From a virus, in IMG/VR virus record IMGVR_UViG_3300045988_074572, positions 1 through 30,059 of that record: 30,059 nucleotides of DNA; one strand, written 5' to 3'. The translations under genes and the position numbers were made by a program. This document shows, in pieces, positions 5,818 to 13,759 of this stretch. Below the pieces are notes generated by a model, which saw only the letters and a list, made by a program, of their open reading frames with translations, searched no databases and had not been told where the DNA came from. Within the stretch, counting starts at the first letter, position 1; the number at the start of each line of letters is the position of its first letter.

Positions 5818-7672
5818 CACGCCTCCAAAAATAAGTGACAACATAAGGCTGTAAGTTATTGTGTGATTTGTCTCCGCCTTTCCATTCAGTTATAGACCAC
5901 CAATAGCCTTTGTTTTTAGTTGCTCTCTTAGTGCCTAAAAGCATAGGTTCACCCCAATCATATGTTTTAAAAGAACTATTGTCATCGGCTTGGTCTGGTA
6001 CTCTGTGATTATGGCTAGGCATCTCATCTATTGATAGCTTGTGCTTATACTCTCCGCCTGTAGATTTGGTTGTAAATGACATACTTGTACTACCATCATT
6101 GCCAGTGCCTTCACCCACTAATGTTCGACCTTGTCCAAACTGTTCCCATGTACCGCCCAGGAATGTTCCAGGGTTCTTTTTATCATAGGTGATATAGACT
6201 GCACCAACTGGGAATATCTTATTTAAGAACATAGGAGCTACAATATCACCTAATACGGTTAGTGTATCTTTTTGATTAGCATCTTGACCGAAGAACGTTA
6301 ATGATCTTCCATCTTTACCAAAGTTAATTAACGAGTAAGTAGGTGCTACTGTAAAGATTTGCCATGAGTAGTCATTCATGAATTTATCCTTAACACCAAA
6401 TGCAATTTCATAGGTTGAAGTCGTTGAGGTAAATAAATTACCTGCTTTGTAATCTTGCTCAAGAGTATAGTTGTTATCCCATGAATTTATTTTCGTCCAT
6501 GAACTAGCACCGCTAGCTCGATATTGGATATAGAATGATGTTACATTCTTATTGCTTAAACTAGTAAAACCAACTTTGAAGTGTAATAACGCATATGTTC
6601 CACTTGCTTCATCTACTACATAACTTGAGTTAGCACGTTTTGCAGTCACATTCGTTAATCTAGGCGAACTATATGCAGATACAGTTACCTTTCCACTGAC
6701 TTGTGAACTACGACCACGTGAATCATAGATTGTTGTCGTATAGTTAATACTTCCACTGCCTTTTACAGTTCCAGTAGTAAATGAACTACCATTATATGTC
6801 TGCCCTTCAAATTTTGTTGATACAGATGTAACAGTTGAACCTTGCGCACCACTGTAAGTTATTGCGAACTTAAGTCTAGACTGTGACTGAATTATCTGCC
6901 CAATTCCTGCACATACAGAATTTGCATCCGTTATTTTGATACTATCAACCGAAGGAACTACACCGCTTCTGACTTTGATAGTTGCATTTACCGACTTAGA
7001 ACCAACGGAATTTGAACCACTGAATGTTTCTAAGGTAAATGTTGCGATACCACTAGTCGAGTTAGACAAATCCTTTTCCCATGCCGTAGGAATGGTATAA
7101 GAAAAGCTAGGGGTTGTTGTACCACTAGCTATCGTTACTAATTCACTTGTTTTACCGTTCCATGTTGCGTAGATTTTATGCGTAAAGTTCTTTGAAGCAC
7201 TCGAACCGTTAATGTTAATAGTGTTACCACATTCAATACTAGGACTATCAATAGATATACTTGATGCTCTTGGAATGGTTGTTAATGTCAACGAACCACT
7301 ACAAGAACCAGTTCGAGGTGCGTAATAACTTGTATTGTCACAACTAAATGATGCACTTACGCTAATTGATTTAGAACCATCTGCATTGTGCGATACTGTT
7401 GTATATCCATCTGCGATTCCAACAGTTTGACCACTACCACACGAAACTGTATGGCTAGCATCGTGTACTGTTGAACCATTCACTACCACTTTATAGTGTT
7501 CGCTCAATCCTTGGTGATTATGGTACTGTGTATTTGAACGAATACCAACCCACCAATACACCCGTGATGTGTTGTTTTCAATAGAATAAGAATCTTCCCA
7601 ACATTTTAAAATAAGAGAGTATTTATCCCACTGGCCACTACCAATTTGTATTCCGCCACTAAATTCTGCCAT
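5810..7672 (-). CDS. Receptor-binding protein / tail fibre: 530-aa constant part (6083-7672) plus the currently fused 90-aa tail-collar-type cassette 4 (5810-6082)
   Basis: It is the last gene of the tail module after Tal. The body is beta-rich and Ser/Thr-rich (LTLTTIPRASSISI...). The C-terminus is STGGEYKHKLSIDEMPSHNHRV...HNNLQPYVVTYFWRRVS, which matches the phage tail collar pattern (GG..H.L...EMP.H.H). Confidence 0.85.
   Translation of the reverse strand: MAEFSGGIQIGSGQWDKYSLILKCWEDSYSIENNTSRVYWWVGIRSNTQYHNHQGLSEHYKVVVNGSTVHDASHTVSCGSGQTVGIADGYTTVSHNADGSKSISVSASFSCDNTSYYAPRTGSCSGSLTLTTIPRASSISIDSPSIECGNTININGSSASKNFTHKIYATWNGKTSELVTIASGTTTPSFSYTIPTAWEKDLSNSTSGIATFTLETFSGSNSVGSKSVNATIKVRSGVVPSVDSIKITDANSVCAGIGQIIQSQSRLKFAITYSGAQGSTVTSVSTKFEGQTYNGSSFTTGTVKGSGSINYTTTIYDSRGRSSQVSGKVTVSAYSSPRLTNVTAKRANSSYVVDEASGTYALLHFKVGFTSLSNKNVTSFYIQYRASGASSWTKINSWDNNYTLEQDYKAGNLFTSTTSTYEIAFGVKDKFMNDYSWQIFTVAPTYSLINFGKDGRSLTFFGQDANQKDTLTVLGDIVAPMFLNKIFPVGAVYITYDKKNPGTFLGGTWEQFGQGRTLVGEGTGNDGSTSMSFTTKSTGGEYKHKLSIDEMPSHNHRVPDQADDNSSFKTYDWGEPMLLGTKRATKNKGYWWSITEWKGGDKSHNNLQPYVVTYFWRRVS
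6068..6084 (-). repeat. Recombination site D (minus strand GTATGTCATTTACAACC) inside the expressed RBP gene
   Basis: It marks the junction between the constant region (codons 1-530) and the currently fused cassette (MSFTTKSTGGEY...). Confidence 0.75.
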
Positions 7673-7676
7673 TCAA

Positions 7677-10600
7677 TCACCCTACTTTCTTAAAGTCTAA
7701 AGAGCCATTTGCTCTTGGCACAAACCCAAACGCACCTACTTTTAAAGACTGCGTAAATTGTCCATCTGTAATGTACATTGTTTGGTCATTTATATACGTT
7801 ACCTTTGCACCATTCTTTTGAATCGACCATTCTTGATTTGTAATCTTAGTTTTAAATGCACTGTCTGATTTACCTAAAGTCAATGCATCGTTATCAAACG
7901 ACATATAACTGTTTACGTTGTCTGTGGTTTGTTTCAAACCATCTAATCTTCCATTTACACTGTCAATTTGACCGCTCATCTCATTCTTAGCATCAGTTAC
8001 TGATTGATTGATTGACCATGTAAAATCCTTTTTCGTCTGAGTGAACTGAGTTGATACAGTATTTTGATAATGCTCAAATGCCGAATTTGATACATAAGTT
8101 TCTGATACCTTTGAAGTGATTTCATTTGCTTTAGTCTCAATTGCAGACTGTCGCTCAGTGCGTTCTGTATTTATTGCTTCATCTACATCTTCTGGAGCAG
8201 GAGTCCAATCTGTAGAAATTGTGCCGATTTCTAATTTTGGTTTTCTAATATGGATAGAACCATTCTTGAATAATGCAAATCGAACACCGAAAAATTTAAC
8301 ATCATTGAGGGTGACATTATCTACACATATGTTCATATTTGACAAATCACCCTTTTTGGTTAAAACAACTTTGACCCATTCACCATTCTTTTTATCACCT
8401 TTAATTTTGACAAAAGAGTCTGAAAGATATGTATCGTGATAATAAATTCTTGCGTTATTTGCATTATAATACTCTAATATCACTGGTGACGGTATATCCC
8501 ACTTTGACCAATCATCGACTTTTAAATCAAACGATAGCGTAAAATTTTGGTTTAATAACAAATTCATGTTTACTTTTTTTGAATACATACTATATAAATT
8601 CAATGATGTCGAATTAGAAGTACTACAGGATATCGTAGAATGAGAATCATCTTTAGTGATTTTCCATCCACCACTATTATTCCAATCTGTAAAACTAGAG
8701 CTATTTCTCAATAAATTCCTACCGCCAACTTGAATCCCTTCAGGAGTACTTCCAACAGAATACGAAGTACTCTGAGTGTTATCGCTATAAGTAATTACTG
8801 TCCTTGTCCATAAATATGGTTTATCAGCAGTAGTTTTTGGAGGAGTAGATGACCATGTACCAGTCGGAGTTGAAGTACCATTTGACCATATTTGATAAGT
8901 TACTGATGTAGACTTAATACCTTTACCATCATTACCTTTATCACCTTGGGGTCCTTGAATACCTTGAGGACCTCTATCTCCAGTAGCTCCTTTATCTCCT
9001 TTTAATCCCTGAGGACCTTTAGCACCTTGAGGACCAGTCTCACCTTTTAATCCCTGAGGGCCTTGAGGACCCTGTGGACCAGTAGCTCCTTTATCTCCTT
9101 TAGCTCCATTCACACCCATACGAGCTACAGAATATCCTATTGTAGGAGTTCCACTAGTATAGTTAGTTGTAGTCTTAGTCCATAAATATGAACCAGCAGC
9201 AACAGATGGAATTGTAGTAGACCATGCTCCGGTAGGCACAGTCGTTCCAGAAGTAGATGCTTGATACTCTACTTTTGTGCTTGCAACACCACGTCCATCA
9301 AACTCACCACTATTTGCTCTATCAGTTAAGCTATTAGCTTTATTTAATGCACTTGATGCATTACTGTTCGCATTATCTGCCACTCCTTTTATCTCGGTAA
9401 CAGATTTTGCTTGTAATTTAATAGCATTGGAATTTTGTTCGATTTTAGTTGTATTAGAAGTAACTTTGTTTGTTAATTCTGCTAAATCCTTTTGAGCTTG
9501 TTCTGCTTTAGCTTTTGCATCATCCGCAACTACTTGAGCTTCCTTAGCATTGTTGATTGCAGTTTGAGCATTACCTTGAGCAGTAGTCGCATCTGATTGA
9601 GCTTTCTGTACTGCAGTTTCTGCATTTGTTAAACGAGTTTTAGCGCTTGCAATTTCTGATTCACTTGCATCAACTCTACCAGTTACTGTTTCTAGATTAG
9701 CTTTTGCATCCGCTAATTCCTTGTTAGCATTGTCTAAATTTGATTGAGCACTGTCTGCCTTTTGTTTAGCTTCATCTGCTAAAGTTTGAGCACTCTGAGC
9801 ATTTGTAACTGCTTGATTTGCAGTCGCTTGAGCTTGAGTTGCTTTCTTTGTTGCATCAGCGATATCTAACTGAGCTTGCGTTGTATCTGATTGTAACTTT
9901 TCAATAGATGTAGCTTGAGTTGTAATTGAATCGGCATTTTGTTTAATCTTGGTATTTAAGCTACCTTCAATGCTTGTTAAATCACTCTTAGAAGCATAAG
10001 TTTGAGAAACTGTTGTCGATAACTCACCGACTTTCTTTTCAATCTCAGTTGAAACATCTGCATGAATTGTTTTTGATTCAGTAGTTAAGTCAACCTTTGT
10101 AGCGTATGTTTCTTTAACAGTGGCAATTTCACTTGCGTTTGCGTTGGCTTTATCCACTGCATCTTGAATCTGCTGCTTTGAATCGGTGATATCACCTTTA
10201 ATTGCATCAATCTGTTGTTGAGCTTTACCAGTACTAGTATTTGCATCTTGTGCTAGTTTCTTAGCCTCGCTTGATTGAGTGTTAGCGGTATTAGCTAATT
10301 CATTCGCTTTACTTGCTGCCGTTTGAGCTTGCGTTGCTTTATCAACTGCTTCTTTAGATTGATTGTTAGCTTGAGATACTTGAGTATGAATCTCACCGAT
10401 CTTTGAGTCAATCTCATTCCATGTGTTGTCAAATATAGCTTTCGTGTACTTGATTTCACTTGGATTTGCATACGTACATTTCCAACGTTTCCAAAGGAAC
10501 TTATCACTTTGATAAACCACATTACCAACAAACCACTCACCGCCGACTAATTCGGTTTGTGATGTTGAATAATAGAACTGTTCCTCGGCACTTATGAACG

Positions 10601-12233
10601 ACTGGCCATCTTCACCTTTAATTACAGACCATCGGTATTTTGTTGGGTCCTCAGAACCATATTGTTTTGAATCCGAATACTGACCAATAAATTTACGATT
10701 TGAATCCGTTAAACTAAAATCCACACGACCATCTGAACTGTTTGCATAGGCAATATGTACATATGCGCTTGTTCCATTCTGACCATCTTGTAGTCGCATT
10801 ACAGTGACTTCTGCACTTGCTTTAAGTGTTTCACCACTCATTGCTTTAAATCGATATACGGCCTTTTCTGTGAAGTCTGAAGCATTGACTGTGATTGTTT
10901 GACTCGTTGATAACCTCTCATCATCTTTATACCAAATAATCGAATACTTAGATGTAATATCAACACCATCATCCTTTACCAATGCAGTCAAATTAGTTAA
11001 ATCTGAATCTTCCTTAAATAGAACTCCATTTGAAGATACGATTGAGCCTTCATAAACTTTCTTTAACTCAATCATCTTGTTCATTTCACTGATCAGAGCC
11101 GAACTAATCTGTGATTGCTTTTCTTCAAAGTTATCAAAGATTGTCTTGCACTTTTCTAAATCAGTGAAACAAATCTCTTGTTCTGTGATTCGTGCTTCTA
11201 AATACAACGTAGGACTATACTCTGCATCTTCGATTGTGAATGTATCGCCGATATCCGCATCAATATATGCATCTACATCATACGTAACTTTAGGAACACA
11301 ATTCTTTTTCAACTGAGCCAACGCTTGACCGTATAATGTCTCAACGTTTTCAGTTTCATAAGACCACACTAGCACTGCATACATATCGTTTGAATGATTT
11401 GTTAATAACGTACTAGGAAATCTATCTCTAGATTGAGGTGCAAGTATATTGTTACCTTGAACTTTATACAAAATATTTCCATTTGAATCTTTTACAACAC
11501 GGCCACTAATCGAGTTAAGTTGTAATCCATTTGTTCCTGTAGGTCTGATTGCAGTGTATAGCTCAGTAATATCACTTGTTTTAATGATTCCATACACATC
11601 ATTTGGATATCTCAGTATTGTACTGCGCTTGTCACTTCCCATTCCTTGAATGGAATCTGAATGTGCTCTGTAAATATTCAACACAAAATTCTTCAAAGAA
11701 TAATCATCATTCAATTGAGTTACGAACTCTAATTCTGCATCAAATACATTTGCAATTGAATACAATCGAGCTAGTACAGTATCGCTACCAGTCCACTCAT
11801 GAGTGATACGTTTATCTGATACTTCATTCTTGCCAATTACGAACGATTTCTCAAATCCATACGCATTTACATATTCTGCAAATGACATAGCCCTAGGAGC
11901 TTTATATGCATCTACATATTCATTCGTTAATTCAAGGCAAAGACCGTAGGCGGTAACAGTTGTTGTGTCACCACCTTTTTCAACATTCATGATTGTTAAA
12001 TAATAGCCTTTGTTTTTTCTTGTAAAGCTAAGCCTATTTCCTTCAACTAAAAAGACTGCATCATCATGTGCAGTCAATGTAGTGAATTCAAATGTATATG
12101 CTGAGCCTTTCAAATATGTATGCAATGTTTCATCAAAGTAATGCATTGCGCTAGGTACTGTATTGTCTAAAAAAGCTAACACCTTATCATAAGGAGTCAA
12201 TACTGCTATTCTGATTTGTTCCATTATAACCAT
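7677..12233 (-). CDS. Tail-associated protein (Tal, prophage-tail N-terminal domain) with a long coiled coil, collagen-like run and CBM-like module
   Basis: 1518 aa, immediately after Dit. The likely true start is the ATG at 12224, in a TAATG overlap with the Dit stop. Ala/Gln-rich coiled coil spans about 9350-10430. Gly-X-Y run spans 8920-9118. The module from GRNLL to KLEIGTISTDWTPAPED is typical of adhesion domains in Gram-positive phage tails. Confidence 0.85.
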   Translation of the reverse strand: MVIMEQIRIAVLTPYDKVLAFLDNTVPSAMHYFDETLHTYLKGSAYTFEFTTLTAHDDAVFLVEGNRLSFTRKNKGYYLTIMNVEKGGDTTTVTAYGLCLELTNEYVDAYKAPRAMSFAEYVNAYGFEKSFVIGKNEVSDKRITHEWTGSDTVLARLYSIANVFDAELEFVTQLNDDYSLKNFVLNIYRAHSDSIQGMGSDKRSTILRYPNDVYGIIKTSDITELYTAIRPTGTNGLQLNSISGRVVKDSNGNILYKVQGNNILAPQSRDRFPSTLLTNHSNDMYAVLVWSYETENVETLYGQALAQLKKNCVPKVTYDVDAYIDADIGDTFTIEDAEYSPTLYLEARITEQEICFTDLEKCKTIFDNFEEKQSQISSALISEMNKMIELKKVYEGSIVSSNGVLFKEDSDLTNLTALVKDDGVDITSKYSIIWYKDDERLSTSQTITVNASDFTEKAVYRFKAMSGETLKASAEVTVMRLQDGQNGTSAYVHIAYANSSDGRVDFSLTDSNRKFIGQYSDSKQYGSEDPTKYRWSVIKGEDGQSFISAEEQFYYSTSQTELVGGEWFVGNVVYQSDKFLWKRWKCTYANPSEIKYTKAIFDNTWNEIDSKIGEIHTQVSQANNQSKEAVDKATQAQTAASKANELANTANTQSSEAKKLAQDANTSTGKAQQQIDAIKGDITDSKQQIQDAVDKANANASEIATVKETYATKVDLTTESKTIHADVSTEIEKKVGELSTTVSQTYASKSDLTSIEGSLNTKIKQNADSITTQATSIEKLQSDTTQAQLDIADATKKATQAQATANQAVTNAQSAQTLADEAKQKADSAQSNLDNANKELADAKANLETVTGRVDASESEIASAKTRLTNAETAVQKAQSDATTAQGNAQTAINNAKEAQVVADDAKAKAEQAQKDLAELTNKVTSNTTKIEQNSNAIKLQAKSVTEIKGVADNANSNASSALNKANSLTDRANSGEFDGRGVASTKVEYQASTSGTTVPTGAWSTTIPSVAAGSYLWTKTTTNYTSGTPTIGYSVARMGVNGAKGDKGATGPQGPQGPQGLKGETGPQGAKGPQGLKGDKGATGDRGPQGIQGPQGDKGNDGKGIKSTSVTYQIWSNGTSTPTGTWSSTPPKTTADKPYLWTRTVITYSDNTQSTSYSVGSTPEGIQVGGRNLLRNSSSFTDWNNSGGWKITKDDSHSTISCSTSNSTSLNLYSMYSKKVNMNLLLNQNFTLSFDLKVDDWSKWDIPSPVILEYYNANNARIYYHDTYLSDSFVKIKGDKKNGEWVKVVLTKKGDLSNMNICVDNVTLNDVKFFGVRFALFKNGSIHIRKPKLEIGTISTDWTPAPEDVDEAINTERTERQSAIETKANEITSKVSETYVSNSAFEHYQNTVSTQFTQTKKDFTWSINQSVTDAKNEMSGQIDSVNGRLDGLKQTTDNVNSYMSFDNDALTLGKSDSAFKTKITNQEWSIQKNGAKVTYINDQTMYITDGQFTQSLKVGAFGFVPRANGSLDFKKVG
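8920..9118 (-). repeat. Collagen-like region: about 21-22 uninterrupted Gly-X-Y triplets inside Tal
   Basis: Sequence is GVNGAKGDKGATGPQGPQGPQGLKGETGPQGAKGPQGLKGDKGATGDRGPQGIQGPQGDKGNDGKG. The underlying DNA has short reiterated GGTCCTCAAGG-type units. Confidence 0.9.
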
Positions 12234-13756
12234 GCCTCCCTAATTCTAGCCTTTACTATTGGTTTTGATTTTGACCAACTAGAGCACGTAGTCTTTATCT
12301 CTGTAGTACCGACTGGAGCTTTAAAATATTTAGTTCCTAATACCTCATCTTGAGGCCTAGCCATTCCATTCACATAAACGTGAGATGATTTTCCGTCAAT
12401 AGTGATTTTAGTTCCACTTGGATATCTGTTAGGGATATCTCTCCATTTTGATACATTGTTCTTTGTAAAGTTTATTACATCAAACCCCATCATGCCCATC
12501 AATTGGTTTCCACCTCTATCACCCCATTGCTTAAAAGCAACCTGAATCTTGGTGCACTTCATGTTTACAATCTCTGGAATGTAGTAGTCGTGATATCCTC
12601 CCCAGTAGAAGAAGCGAATGTTTCCTCCCTCTTTTAGAATATCGCAATGACCCCAGTCCCAATACCATGGATTTTGCGTGTGTAAATGTGAAGTAGTGTA
12701 TGAGAACTCTCTTAATATTTTACCATTCGCCCAAAACTCATAATGTCCTGTATTACCTACTGTATCTGTCTTGTACCAGTTACAACCGCAAATCAATTTA
12801 TTATCTGCTGTTAAGAAGTTGATACACATTTCACCAGTTTGACCCATCAAACTCGCATAGAATATCAAATGAAAATAACAATAAAAATTCTTAGATCCAC
12901 TTGAATCTCCATTTGAATCTGCAGGTATTACCAATGTCCTTAATCCACCACTAGCATTTCCTTTTTTTGCTCCAACCGTTCCAAAACCTAGAAAGTTTTG
13001 ACCAAACCAACTTTTTTTAGCACAAGTTCCATTAGCACCAAATTGTGGATGCATTACATCTGTACCGCTTGTATCATCCGCACAATCATAGAAATTGTTG
13101 ATATTAACTAAATGTTCACTCTGTTGATATGATTCAGAATCTAATTCTTCAATCTTTCCATATTGCATGACACCTTCAGTTGATACGATACCAATATATC
13201 CGGTTTCAGATGTTGTCTGAACATCATAATCAATACTTACAGGTACAGTTCCTTCATTGACAATGTTCAATACTCCATCAGTAGCAGTAAATTCTTTTTC
13301 TGTGGATGAATATTTCCTAGGGTCTGAGCAATAGATTTCGATTTCACCGATCACATAATTTGTGCCACCATCCACTTCATCATTTGAAGTTTTAGTACCG
13401 ATAAAATATTTGTCAGTTTCATCATTAAAATAAATCTTAACTTGTTCGCCACTTAGCAGAAAATTCATTTTGTTATATGCATCTCTAAATTCTCTGTTAG
13501 TAGATGCATTTATCTGATATTTCACTGTGATCGTGCGTGGCTTCAAGTATTTTTCTTTCCAAATCGTACCATCAAGCCCTTCAATGTCCTTAACTTTAAA
13601 TTCAGAGCCAATCAATTCTCTACCACTTACAGTCAATGTTCTATATCCTGGTATTTCATTTTCTAAAAACTTTCCATTAAAATTCATGGCTTCACTAGGT
13701 AAATTACTACCTAGTGCGCCACTTATGTCTATCGTATCTCTAAATCCATATAGCAT
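12224..13756 (-). CDS. Distal tail protein (Dit), long form with a C-terminal extension
   Basis: It lies directly after the tape measure. The N-terminus (FNGKFLENEIPGYRTLTVSGRELIGSEFKVKDIEGLDGTIWKEKYLKPRTITVKYQI) fits the siphovirus tail component family. 510 aa. Confidence 0.75.
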   Translation of the reverse strand: MLYGFRDTIDISGALGSNLPSEAMNFNGKFLENEIPGYRTLTVSGRELIGSEFKVKDIEGLDGTIWKEKYLKPRTITVKYQINASTNREFRDAYNKMNFLLSGEQVKIYFNDETDKYFIGTKTSNDEVDGGTNYVIGEIEIYCSDPRKYSSTEKEFTATDGVLNIVNEGTVPVSIDYDVQTTSETGYIGIVSTEGVMQYGKIEELDSESYQQSEHLVNINNFYDCADDTSGTDVMHPQFGANGTCAKKSWFGQNFLGFGTVGAKKGNASGGLRTLVIPADSNGDSSGSKNFYCYFHLIFYASLMGQTGEMCINFLTADNKLICGCNWYKTDTVGNTGHYEFWANGKILREFSYTTSHLHTQNPWYWDWGHCDILKEGGNIRFFYWGGYHDYYIPEIVNMKCTKIQVAFKQWGDRGGNQLMGMMGFDVINFTKNNVSKWRDIPNRYPSGTKITIDGKSSHVYVNGMARPQDEVLGTKYFKAPVGTTEIKTTCSSWSKSKPIVKARIREAWL

Positions 13757-13759
13757 GAT

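Larger units (their letters stand above)
4936..6084. mobile_element. Putative multi-inversion shufflon: two adjacent invertible segments (4936-5476 and 5495-6084) carrying four alternative RBP C-terminal cassettes
   Basis: Four GTATGTC-core sites alternate in orientation, and each opens an in-frame cassette. The cassettes are arranged as two convergent pairs. Confidence 0.75.

Noticed and set aside
4936-6084. A Gin/Hin/Cin-type serine invertase system or a diversity-generating retroelement as the source of RBP variation.
   Set aside because: No serine recombinase, no hix/gix-like 26-bp sites, no reverse transcriptase and no template/variable repeat pair with adenine-specific differences are visible. 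The adjacent enzyme has a tyrosine-recombinase signature.
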